A stretch of 60,042 bases of DNA from NCBI GenBank assembly GCA_048885535.1, contig JBHLLO010000011.1:9483-69524 (forward strand), read 5' to 3'. This stretch comes from Candidatus Hermodarchaeota archaeon. Lineage in GTDB: Archaea > Asgardarchaeota > Lokiarchaeia > Sigyniarchaeales > SOKP01. Position numbers and translations under genes: made by a program. The notes under the pieces are model-generated. The model was not told the DNA's origin and made no database searches. It saw nothing but the letters and a program-made list of their open reading frames with translations. Below are positions 11,310-20,599 of the stretch, piece after piece (position 1 is the first letter of the stretch; each line of letters starts with the position of its first letter).

Positions 11310-11361
11310 TTTAATATTTCAAATTTTAAATTATTATATACTTTTTTTAGACATAATTATC

Positions 11362-12219
11362 ATGAACTTTAAAAGTAAATTAAAAGAAAGTTTAAAATTT
11401 TCTTTAAGTGAAGAAGAACTCTCTTTACTTCCACGCGGCTTTCAAGCTTTGGGAAATGTAATAATCCTAAAGTTAAATCCAAAATTGTTTAATAAGGAAC
11501 AACTCATTGCTAATGCATGCCTAGAATTGCTGCCAAAAGTAAGATCGATTTATGTAAATAGGGGTAGAATAGTGGGAACTTTTAGAGAGCCAGAAAAAAT
11601 TGAGCTAATTGGGGGAGTAGATAATCCAATTGTCGAACATAAAGAGCATGATGTTATATTTAAATTTGATTTAACAAAAATTATGTTCAGTAAAGGAAAT
11701 GTTAATGAAAGAAGATATCTCGCAAAACTCGTAAAAACTGAAGAAGTCATTGTAGATATGTTCGCAGGAATCGGTTACTTTTCACTCCCAATAGCAAAAC
11801 ATTCTCCTGTAAGAAAAATTTTTAGTATTGAAATTAATCCAGTAGCGTTTAGATATTTAGTCGAGAATGTAAAACTTAACCATCTTGAAACCGTAATTGT
11901 TCCTATTCATGGAGATTGTAAACAAGAAGTAATAAAGTTGAGTAAGGCTGAGATTTTAGTTGATAGAGTCATTATGGGTGTTTTTCCTGCTCCAATTGAT
12001 TATGTCAAAGAGGCCTTGGCACTTGTGAGCGAGAAAGGTACAATTTACCATTATGAAGGAGTTGTTAAAAAAGATGAGTATTTATTACTATTTAATGAAT
12101 TTAACGCAATAGCTAAAGCAGAAAATATAAATTGTAAACTTCTCGGGCAAAGAATTGTTAAGAGTTATGGACCTAATTTATATCATACAGTAATAGACAT
12201 ATTGGCATTAATGGCTTGA
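11362..12219 (+). CDS. taw2: tRNA(Phe) wyosine-pathway aminocarboxypropyltransferase Taw2/Tyw2 (Trm5/Met-10+ family)
   Basis: 'KIMFSKGNVNERR', 'VDMFAGIGYFSLP', 'EINP', 'DRVIMG', 'IYHYE' and 'VKSYGP'; start moved to ATG 11362. Confidence 0.75.
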   Translation: MNFKSKLKESLKFSLSEEELSLLPRGFQALGNVIILKLNPKLFNKEQLIANACLELLPKVRSIYVNRGRIVGTFREPEKIELIGGVDNPIVEHKEHDVIFKFDLTKIMFSKGNVNERRYLAKLVKTEEVIVDMFAGIGYFSLPIAKHSPVRKIFSIEINPVAFRYLVENVKLNHLETVIVPIHGDCKQEVIKLSKAEILVDRVIMGVFPAPIDYVKEALALVSEKGTIYHYEGVVKKDEYLLLFNEFNAIAKAENINCKLLGQRIVKSYGPNLYHTVIDILALMA

Positions 12220-12350
12220 AGCTTTCTTCTTGTTTAATCTCATATGTTAATTTATATGAAGAAAACAAAATTTTAAAGTAAGCTAAAAAGAAATTTAAAA
12301 ATAAGAATTATTATTATTAAAAAGAATAACAAAAGAAATGATCACTACCT

Positions 12351-13613
12351 ATGAAAATTGATATCGCAATTGGGCTAGATTATTCACATAATAATATGCT
12401 AAGTCTAGAAGCACCTAGTTATGCGGATTTCACCCAATTTCTTTTTAATTCAGGATATAAATTAGGAAAAATTGAAGCTGGTTTCTCTACAGAGAAATTA
12501 GGGAATTATGATGTGGTCATCATGTCAACTCCGAAGAATATTAATCTGAGTCCAAAAGAGCTCGAAAGCTTAAAAGAATATGTAAAGAAGGGTGGATCTT
12601 TGTTAGTAATAGGCGCACGGGGTGGGGATTATTTAAATCGTACCAATTTAAATGAATTAACACGTAATTTTGGCTTTGAGTTTACTCCTGATGAAATTTC
12701 TGACTCTGTAACTTATGTTAATCTACAAAAAAGACCACTATTACAAAATTTTAAACCCCATTTTATAACTGAACAGATAAAAAAAATTGTCCTATCAAAT
12801 CCATGCTCTATTGAAGTTTTAGACTTTTTAGAAGAAAAAGATATTAAAATAGAGGTCCTTGTTAAAGGGGGTTTAAATTGCTGGAGAAAAGTATTTGACG
12901 GAAAAGATTGGGTCGAAGAGGATTGCCCTAAGGTTCCTTTAATGGTAGCTGTAGAATATTTTAAGGGAAAAGTTGTCGCATTTGGCACTCTATCAATTTT
13001 TTCTTCACTAGGGAGAGAATATGGATTTTTTGCTTTTGAAAATGATCTAATTATAGCAAATATATTAAGATGGTTAACAACAAGTGTGGACATGGAAGGA
13101 AAAGCTATAACAATCGATCTTCAATTAGATTTATTTCATTGGGCTAGTTCTGCTATAAGCGATGGCGATTGGGAAAACTTTTCCGATCTAATAAATGGTA
13201 GTCTCCAATATTTTAAAGATAATTATAATAATATTTTGAAAGAGATTGCTAAAGAGAGAAAAGAGAAATTAGAAAAGAAAAAGGAGCATTTAGAAGCTAT
13301 CAAAAAAGCTTTAGAAGATCAAGAAAAACCAGAAGAAGAGTTATTAGAGGCTATCCCTGAGAGAAAGAAAGAAGACTTAGAAGATATCCTGGGAGCAATT
13401 GAAGAATTAACAGGAGAGAAATTAGAACGAACAATTGATTTAGAAAAAGAGGAAAAAATGAAAGAAGGATTGGCTAAATTACCAGACGATTTGAATGATT
13501 GGACAGTGAGGGAATTAAAAAAATTTTGTAAAGAATATGAAATAGAACTACCTTCTAATGCAAGAAAAGCAGATATTATTTCAGTTATTAAATATGTTTT
13601 TGGAATCGATTAA
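12351..13613 (+). CDS. GIFT (GldG/IFT52/DUF4350-like) domain protein with RHH-like segment, coiled coil and C-terminal HeH/SAP-like domain
   Basis: 'GLDYSH', 'LKEYVKKGGSLLVIG', 'TNLNEL', 'GKVVAFG' and 'NILRWL'; C-terminus 'WTVRELKKFCKEYEIELPSNARKADII'. Confidence 0.65.
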   Translation: MKIDIAIGLDYSHNNMLSLEAPSYADFTQFLFNSGYKLGKIEAGFSTEKLGNYDVVIMSTPKNINLSPKELESLKEYVKKGGSLLVIGARGGDYLNRTNLNELTRNFGFEFTPDEISDSVTYVNLQKRPLLQNFKPHFITEQIKKIVLSNPCSIEVLDFLEEKDIKIEVLVKGGLNCWRKVFDGKDWVEEDCPKVPLMVAVEYFKGKVVAFGTLSIFSSLGREYGFFAFENDLIIANILRWLTTSVDMEGKAITIDLQLDLFHWASSAISDGDWENFSDLINGSLQYFKDNYNNILKEIAKERKEKLEKKKEHLEAIKKALEDQEKPEEELLEAIPERKKEDLEDILGAIEELTGEKLERTIDLEKEEKMKEGLAKLPDDLNDWTVRELKKFCKEYEIELPSNARKADIISVIKYVFGID

Positions 13614-13678
13614 CTAAAACAGTTAAGTAGAAATCTAATCCTTATTTTATAAGCTTAAGTAATTTTTATTTATTATTT

Positions 13679-15085
13679 ATGGAAAAATTTTTAATGGTTT
13701 TAGGATCGAATTGGCAGCTGTCTTTAGCAGAATTAGATAATGTTTTAAAGTATTCCAGGTTTAAAGGAAAGATTTTAGATTATTCAGCTAATATAGCAAT
13801 TGTAGAGTTTGACAAGTTACATAGTCATAAACATTATATTAACGAATTAATGGAATTCCAATATATATTAGGTGGAATTCAAAAAGTTGCAAAAGTTTTT
13901 GAATTTATTCATATTCACGATGTATTAAATGCATTTCCAATAGAGATTAAAAGCTTTAAAAGGGTTCAAACAGTCCGTGAGAAAATTTCAAGAATTTTAA
14001 GTTCAGTTTTGGATAAAATATTTTTCAAAATAAAGAATGAAAGTATATTTTATGCGATATCGATATATCCAAATCTTTTTGAAGAAGAATATTATTCCAA
14101 AGTTCTTATAAAACACTTTTTACCTTATCTGAATACAGAAATAATGAAATTGTTAAGGGAAAAAGGAGTTAAAAAAGCTTTATATTATCAATATCCTGAA
14201 GAATATATAGACAAGGGAACATTAAATCCTATTTTTCCGCACCATATCATAAAATATGGTTTATTCAATAAAGATCGCGCTGAGATTGTATTTGGTTTCA
14301 CTGAAGAAGGTGTTTATGTTGCAAGAACTTTTACATGTGATGACCCTAATTTTAAGAAAAAAGTAGATGAAGAAAGACCATTTAAGGAATTTAGAAGTAG
14401 TATCTCACCAAAATTATCATTGATTATGCTTAATTTCTTAAATCTCTTTCATAATAGACATAACAAAACTATCCTTGATCCTTTTGTTGGAAATGGTACA
14501 ATTTTAATGTTTGCTTTAATACAAGATTTTCTAATCTATGGTTCAGATATAGATAAAGAAAAAGTAAATAATACAATTAGAAATATTAATTGGTTATTGA
14601 ACGAACTAGAGGAACCAATACCACTATTATTGAAAGAAAAAATAGTAACAGTAGAAGTACAAAATCTCTCAAATGTTTTCAAAGAAGATTTTTTTGATGG
14701 AATTATTAGTGAACCAGAGTTAGGTCCTTTTTATAGAGAAAGACCATATTATACAGAGATTAAAGAATTAATTAAAGCAAAACTCAAGCCAATATATGAA
14801 AGTATGTTCAAAGAAGGCTATAAAATTCTTAAAGAAGAAGGAAGGATTTGTGTTATTGCTCCTATTTTTGAAACAATTGATGGGGGAGATGTTCAATTAA
14901 ATGTTGAAAAAATCGCCAATTTTTATAATTTCAAGCTTATTCCATTATTAGATCCTGATAGAATAATAAATAAATCTAATGTGAAGTTGCAATTTCAAAA
15001 AAATCAAGTAAAAACGATGATTGATGCTAAAAAAGAACAAATAGTCAAACGAAAAATATATTTATTTGAAAAAGTTAAAAATTAA
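13679..15085 (+). CDS. RNA methyltransferase, Trm11/TrmG10-like (UPF0020 family)
   Basis: 'ERPF..SISPKLS', SAM motif 'LDPFVGNGT', 'GSDID' and 'DGIISEPELGP'. Confidence 0.7.
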   Translation: MEKFLMVLGSNWQLSLAELDNVLKYSRFKGKILDYSANIAIVEFDKLHSHKHYINELMEFQYILGGIQKVAKVFEFIHIHDVLNAFPIEIKSFKRVQTVREKISRILSSVLDKIFFKIKNESIFYAISIYPNLFEEEYYSKVLIKHFLPYLNTEIMKLLREKGVKKALYYQYPEEYIDKGTLNPIFPHHIIKYGLFNKDRAEIVFGFTEEGVYVARTFTCDDPNFKKKVDEERPFKEFRSSISPKLSLIMLNFLNLFHNRHNKTILDPFVGNGTILMFALIQDFLIYGSDIDKEKVNNTIRNINWLLNELEEPIPLLLKEKIVTVEVQNLSNVFKEDFFDGIISEPELGPFYRERPYYTEIKELIKAKLKPIYESMFKEGYKILKEEGRICVIAPIFETIDGGDVQLNVEKIANFYNFKLIPLLDPDRIINKSNVKLQFQKNQVKTMIDAKKEQIVKRKIYLFEKVKN

Positions 15086-15092
15086 GATTAAT

Positions 15093-15761
15093 ATGGAGAT
15101 AGATCTAATATTAGATAAAATTGAAGATTCACTTGAAGGAGAAGCGCATCTAGATGAGTTAGCAAAAAAGAAGCAAGATCCTTTTAAGATTTTAATATCT
15201 ACTATTTTATCAGCTAGAACTAGAGATTCAAACACCAAAGAGGCAACAGAAACACTGTTCTCAAAGTACAACACACCACAGCAAATTGCAGATGCAGATA
15301 TTGAAGAATTAGAACAACTTGTCTACAAGTCAGGATTCTATAGAGTCAAAGCAGTTCGAATAAAAGAAGTCTCTAAATTAATAGTAGAAGAATTTAATAG
15401 TGAAGTTCCAAACAATCTTGAGGAGTTGCTTAGATTGCCAGGAATTGGCTCTAAAACTGCAAATTGTGTTTTAGTTTATGCTTTCAAAATTCCTGCTATT
15501 CCAGTGGATACACATGTACATAGGATAAGTAATAGGTTAGGATGGGTTAAAACAAGAAATACTATGGATACAGAGAAAGAACTAAAAGAATTAATTCCTA
15601 AAAGTGAGTGGATTCGTGTTAATCGTTTGCTTGTAAGATTTGGACAAGAAATATGTTTACCGAATAATCCAAAATGCAAAATATGCCCATTAAGTAATAG
15701 TTGCCCAAAAGATTTTTCTATGGAACAAGCGAAAAAGGCAAAAAATATTAGAAAGAAGTAA
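15093..15761 (+). CDS. nth: Endonuclease III (HhH-GPD glycosylase with 4Fe-4S cluster)
   Basis: 'LISTILSARTRD', HhH 'LPGIGSKTA', 'PVDTHVHR' and the C-x6-C-x2-C-x5-C loop; start at ATG 15093. Confidence 0.93.
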   Translation: MEIDLILDKIEDSLEGEAHLDELAKKKQDPFKILISTILSARTRDSNTKEATETLFSKYNTPQQIADADIEELEQLVYKSGFYRVKAVRIKEVSKLIVEEFNSEVPNNLEELLRLPGIGSKTANCVLVYAFKIPAIPVDTHVHRISNRLGWVKTRNTMDTEKELKELIPKSEWIRVNRLLVRFGQEICLPNNPKCKICPLSNSCPKDFSMEQAKKAKNIRKK

Positions 15762-15790
15762 ACGCCTAATCTTCAATAGTTTGCTTATAG

Positions 15791-16372
15791 TTAATAATAT
15801 TCCTCTATTCTTTCTTTCCTTTTTAGTAAAAAACTAAAGATAAATCCCCCCAATAAACCGAAAATATGGGCGTAAAAATTTATTCCTGGAGAAAATGATG
15901 ATATAACAAAATAGAGCACATAAATCCCACTTAATATTAATAAAAATTTATTTCTTTGTTTTATAATAATGACAATGGCAGCACCTATTAATCCAAAAAT
16001 GCAACCAGATGCTCCTAGACTAATTGAATTTAATGGTAGTAAAATCAATGAAAAAAGATTTCCAATCAATCCTGAGGTAATATATAGCCCTATAAAAGCT
16101 ATTCTTGAAAAATGTGATTCACTAAAAGTCCCAAAAATTAATAAAGCAAACATGTTAGAAAAGAGATGTAAAACATCACCATGTAGGAACATAGCAGAAA
16201 GCAGACGCCAATATTCGTAGTAATTAATAATTCTATCATTATCTTGCACTAATAAGAGGAAGAAATTTTGCTCTATAGCAAGATTAAAAGTTATAAAGAA
16301 TATAATATTAATAGTTATCAGAAGGAGAGTAATTCTTGCTCTTCTAATACTTTCAGTTGATAATACAAACAT
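15791..16372 (-). CDS. Rhomboid-family intramembrane serine protease
   Basis: 'WRLL..MFLH', 'HLFSNM', catalytic 'GASG' and 'AHIFGLLGG'. Confidence 0.92.
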   Translation of the reverse strand: MFVLSTESIRRARITLLLITINIIFFITFNLAIEQNFFLLLVQDNDRIINYYEYWRLLSAMFLHGDVLHLFSNMFALLIFGTFSESHFSRIAFIGLYITSGLIGNLFSLILLPLNSISLGASGCIFGLIGAAIVIIIKQRNKFLLILSGIYVLYFVISSFSPGINFYAHIFGLLGGFIFSFLLKRKERIEEYY

Positions 16373-16478
16373 ATTTTTAATGTGTAGGAATTTTATGAAA
16401 TATTGATAATATAACTTTATAAATATTTAATTATAAAAAGATATAATAATATTAATTTTCATTATTTTGTTGAATATC

Positions 16479-17678
16479 ATGGAAAACAGTAATAACTTTT
16501 ATTCAAAAATACAACTATTACTATCGTTATTGTACAATGGTTATCTAAAAGATCTTAGACTTTTTAAAGCTTTTTTAGATGTAAGATTAGATAGTTTCAT
16601 ACCAAAGGAAATCTTACCGTCCGTTAGAATTTATGATGACGCACCAGTTCTCTTTTATTATGAGAAAGAACGTCCAGAGAATTTAAGAACCGTTTCAGCA
16701 CCTCATATGATTACAATAATGCTGCAAAATTTAATCTTAAATGAAGATGACGATTTATTAATATTAGGAGCAAAAAGCGGATATATAGCCGCTTTAGCAC
16801 ATAAGTTAGCTCCAAAAGGAAAAATTGTCATTTTAGAAGCAAATTCTAGAATAGCTAAAATAACTCAAGAAAATATAGAACGTCTTGGATTGCTCGATAA
16901 GATTGATGTTTTAGTGAAGAATCCATTAAATGGATTACCTGAGATGAGTCCATGGAAAAAAATATTGGTTACAGGAGCTATCAAGCAGGAAAAAATCTAT
17001 CCTTTATTAAATCAACTTGATCACAATAATGGTGTTTTATTTGCTCCTATTGGTGAGGATTATATACAAGTATATACTCAAATTTTAAGGGTAAATAATC
17101 ACTATTATGGGAAAAAACACCTTTCAGTTAGATTTACTCCATTAATTACACAGATTGAACTTGATGAGTTAAGATTGATCACTGATATTGATGAAATGGA
17201 TGATTTTGATGATAATAAATATGAAGTGAAAAAAGATAAAACTCAAATTTCAATTACATATGCAAAAGATATAATTGAAGAAATAAATTTAGAACCTAAA
17301 TTAAAACAACCAACAATAGAGATTAGTCCTAAAAACATTTTCTTAGCCTTTCTAGAAAATATGGATGACACAATAGAACTATTGAAAAGTATTCAAGATT
17401 TGGAGCAATGGATAAATTTTATAGAAAATTTTAGAACACTTATAGAAATTTTTAAGAAATATAAACGAGGAATTAAAATTAGTGTCATGAACATGGAATT
17501 GTCGTTAAATCAAATAAAATCATTCCTAATAATTGGAAAGCGAATCGAAGCGGATAAAAATTTGTCAAGAAAAGAATCTTTAGATAAAAAGATTGAAATT
17601 TTTCGGAAACAAATGGAAGAAATTGAAAAACTTCAACAATATATTAAAGTCGAATTGGATAAGATAAAGAAGAGCTAA
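16479..17678 (+). CDS. Protein-L-isoaspartate O-methyltransferase-like protein with C-terminal helical extension
   Basis: 'TVSAPHM', degenerate motif I 'LILGAKSGY', 'APIG' and 'VRFTPL'; about 170 extra C-terminal residues. Confidence 0.7.
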   Translation: MENSNNFYSKIQLLLSLLYNGYLKDLRLFKAFLDVRLDSFIPKEILPSVRIYDDAPVLFYYEKERPENLRTVSAPHMITIMLQNLILNEDDDLLILGAKSGYIAALAHKLAPKGKIVILEANSRIAKITQENIERLGLLDKIDVLVKNPLNGLPEMSPWKKILVTGAIKQEKIYPLLNQLDHNNGVLFAPIGEDYIQVYTQILRVNNHYYGKKHLSVRFTPLITQIELDELRLITDIDEMDDFDDNKYEVKKDKTQISITYAKDIIEEINLEPKLKQPTIEISPKNIFLAFLENMDDTIELLKSIQDLEQWINFIENFRTLIEIFKKYKRGIKISVMNMELSLNQIKSFLIIGKRIEADKNLSRKESLDKKIEIFRKQMEEIEKLQQYIKVELDKIKKS

Positions 17679-17703
17679 GATTTGATTTCTTCCTTGGAGA
17701 GTT

Positions 17704-18213
17704 TTATGCCAAAAATTTTAAAACTTCTTTCATAAAATCAGGTAGATCATCTGGTTGTCTAGATGTTATTAAATTACCATCAACGACGACAGACTTATCT
17801 TCAAATTTGGCTCCAGCATTTACCATATCATCTTTTATAGCAAAATAACTCGTAGCTCTACGACCGTTTACTATTTTAGCAGAAATTAAAACCCATCCTG
17901 CATGGCAAATACTGCCTACCAATTTGTTCTGTTCATTTATTCTTGAAACAAATTTTATAACTTCTTTTTCTCTTCTCAGATAATCAGGGTTTTTTGTACC
18001 CCCTGGAATAATTACACCATCATAATCATCTGCATTTGCCTCTCTAATTAATTTATCTGGCTTTATTGGATATCCATGTTTTCCTATAATTTGTCTTCTA
18101 TGTAAACTGATGAGTTCTGTATTGATTCCTGCTTCCTTTAATCTTATTTTTGGATATAATAGTTCAGCATCTTCAAACCCATCAGTAGCTAGAATAGCTA
18201 TTTTTTTGGTCAT
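17704..18213 (-). CDS. pfpI: PfpI/DJ-1 family protease/deglycase
   Basis: 'GFEDAEL', 'IIPGG', nucleophile 'SICHAG' and 'DGNLITSRQPDDL'. Confidence 0.9.
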   Translation of the reverse strand: MTKKIAILATDGFEDAELLYPKIRLKEAGINTELISLHRRQIIGKHGYPIKPDKLIREANADDYDGVIIPGGTKNPDYLRREKEVIKFVSRINEQNKLVGSICHAGWVLISAKIVNGRRATSYFAIKDDMVNAGAKFEDKSVVVDGNLITSRQPDDLPDFMKEVLKFLA

Positions 18214-18302
18214 TTTTTCATAACCTCATTTCATTTATTATTATGTTCTAATTTACTTCTAAATATATTATAATTCGCTTTATAATTTATCATGATAAAA
18301 AA

Positions 18303-18962
18303 TTAGCCTTTTAAAAGGAAATTAAAGAAACCTATATAAACCACAATTACAGCAAGTATCATGAAAATATAATTATACGGTTGTGGAAGTAAGCGGAAAG
18401 GAGTTTTATTTTTATATTCGTGATATTTTTTCCCAAAAGCAGGAATAAGAATATATCGCTCCTCTAGAATACTATGAATTTCTAATAGAATACTAAATAC
18501 AGGCAAAAAAATTAAAGTGATATATGAATCAAAAACAAAGCAAAAACCCATAAATATTAAAAGCCAAGATAAATAAATTGGATGTCTTATTACCGAGTAA
18601 ATCCCCTTTTTTATTAACTTCAATCCATTAACTCTTACTGCTTTAACTTTAAATAATTTTTTTGCCATAGAAGCAATTTTAAGACCAGCAATAATGAATA
18701 CAGTTCCTAATATTATGAACCATGACCAAAGATCTTGGAAATAGCTGAAATTTTCTTTAAAAACAAATTGAATAATATTAGATGAAAGTAGTATAATGAA
18801 TACAAGACAACAAGTCCAGACTATTGGAAAAATTTTTTTACAGTAGTAGTGTATTTTAGCAGTTGAGCTTTTAACTTTTAAAATGATAAACCAATATAGT
18901 ATTAAGTTGACTAAAAATAATATTTCAAAGAAAATAGTCAAAATTATGATTAATATAGCCAT
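18303..18962 (-). CDS. Isoprenylcysteine carboxyl methyltransferase / PEMT-family membrane protein
   Basis: 'LIKKGIYSVIRHPIY', 'EERY', 'FGKKYHEY'; multiple TM segments. Confidence 0.8.
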   Translation of the reverse strand: MAILIIILTIFFEILFLVNLILYWFIILKVKSSTAKIHYYCKKIFPIVWTCCLVFIILLSSNIIQFVFKENFSYFQDLWSWFIILGTVFIIAGLKIASMAKKLFKVKAVRVNGLKLIKKGIYSVIRHPIYLSWLLIFMGFCFVFDSYITLIFLPVFSILLEIHSILEERYILIPAFGKKYHEYKNKTPFRLLPQPYNYIFMILAVIVVYIGFFNFLLKG

Positions 18963-19158
18963 TTTATATTTTTGAATTTTAATTAGGATTAAAACTTGAT
19001 TCTTTTTCTATTTCTCCAATTACACGGGTTATAGTAGCAAATAAAGGAAAAAACTCTATGATATATTTTAATTCTGGAGTCTTTTCGGAACTTATGATTC
19101 AAAAGAATTTTGAAATATGAAAAAAAATAAAACAATTAGTTTTGATTAATATATTAAT

Positions 19159-20019
19159 TTGGTGCATCAAAATAATAATTATTTTTGGTCTATTATCAAG
19201 AATTTCAACTCCTTGATGAAATCTGCTATTAAGGGTCCAGACTGCACTGATCCTAATAAGTGTAGAGGTAATTGTTGCTCTATAAAGATAGACGTCCCCA
19301 AAGTCTTGGCAGAAGAATATATTAATAGAAATTATGCCAGTAAAGAAGATTTTATTAGGAGTGATGTCTTTTCATTTGAATTACGATTTAATGAAGAAAC
19401 TGGTAAATGCTTTTTATTTGATTTAGAATTAAATGGTTGTAAAGTTCACAATTCAGGAATAAAACCACCTCAATGTTGGATTTATCCATTTTCTAATTTT
19501 CCAAATCCATATAGGGTTCTAATTAGTTGTAAAAAATTATCAGGTTGGCAGATTATTAATCTTGAAAAAACTCTTGAAGCTGAAAAATTATTAGAGAAAT
19601 ATAATTTCTTATGCAAATTAGAAGCGAAAGCTGAGATTAAAAATATAAAAAATCGATTAGATTGTAATTCTAAACGAGAAGAGTATAAAAAAGAAGAACT
19701 CTTAGTGCAACTCCTTATGGAAGTTACACCAAGTAAGTTAGGAGGTTTTATTGATAAATGGGATAATTTTGATATTTTATTAGCGGAAGGATTTTCCTTA
19801 CAAATGAAGAAATTTTGTTTAAAATATAATAGTTCCTGCCATTTGCTCCCAAACGATTTTTTTGAATGTAAAGGTATATGTAAAGAAATTGCTAATCGAC
19901 TTGTTTTATTTTTACGTCAAAATCTACTTGATTTTATAGAACTGCATGGACCAGATACTAGTGGTGAATATCCACTATATAAGTTATTTAAACAGAGCGG
20001 AATTTTCACAAAATGCTAA
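19159..20019 (+). CDS. YkgJ-like (CxxCxxCC) cysteine-cluster protein
   Basis: 'CTDPNKCRGNCC', 'CFLFD...CKVH' and 'KPPQCWIYP'. Confidence 0.7.
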   Translation: MVHQNNNYFWSIIKNFNSLMKSAIKGPDCTDPNKCRGNCCSIKIDVPKVLAEEYINRNYASKEDFIRSDVFSFELRFNEETGKCFLFDLELNGCKVHNSGIKPPQCWIYPFSNFPNPYRVLISCKKLSGWQIINLEKTLEAEKLLEKYNFLCKLEAKAEIKNIKNRLDCNSKREEYKKEELLVQLLMEVTPSKLGGFIDKWDNFDILLAEGFSLQMKKFCLKYNSSCHLLPNDFFECKGICKEIANRLVLFLRQNLLDFIELHGPDTSGEYPLYKLFKQSGIFTKC

Positions 20020-20196
20020 ATATTCCCCCTCAAAATTTTTGTCGGAGAAAGTTGACTCTTAAAAATTTTTTTTTTATCAAGAATACACGCATATTATGTG
20101 CATATTACATATTTTTATGATGATTAGTAGGAATTATACAACTAACATTTAAATAATACCTAAACGATATATTTAAGTAAAAAAAAACGTGATCCC

Positions 20197-20565
20197 ATGT
20201 CATTTAGAGAAACCCCGTTAGCAGAATTGGCAAAAAAAGTCTTTTCTGAGAAATTTCATTATATTAATAATCCCCAGAAATTTAAAGGTAAATCTGGAAA
20301 ATTATGGGATTTCAATGCAATTGTGGATGATGAAAAGTATGGAAAATACGGTATTTTTATTCGGGATTGGAAAAGGGAAATCTCTATAACTCAATTACGA
20401 CAACTTCATAAGGCATGTCTGGATGTTCCAGAAATTGAAGGTGGTATTATGGTGTGTAATATAGCAACTGATTTTGCTCGAGATTATTCTAATCAATTTG
20501 GGATACAGCTTCTAAGCAGAGGACACTTAGTCTCAAAATTAAGAAATCGAGAATTTCAATTTTAA
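20197..20565 (+). CDS. Stand-alone Mrr-like restriction-endonuclease-fold protein (probably inactive)
   Basis: 'KGKSGKLWDFN', 'RDWKREISITQLRQL', 'GIMV' and 'FGIQLL' follow the Mrr_cat pattern. Confidence 0.6.
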   Translation: MSFRETPLAELAKKVFSEKFHYINNPQKFKGKSGKLWDFNAIVDDEKYGKYGIFIRDWKREISITQLRQLHKACLDVPEIEGGIMVCNIATDFARDYSNQFGIQLLSRGHLVSKLRNREFQF

Positions 20566-20599
20566 GCAATTTTTCTTCTTCCAAGGAAATAATGTTATT

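Noticed and set aside
18979-19098. 40-codon open frame on the minus strand (IISSEKTPELKYIIEFFPLFATITRVIGEIEKESSFNPN)
   Set aside because: No canonical start, SD or recognisable features; chance or a remnant
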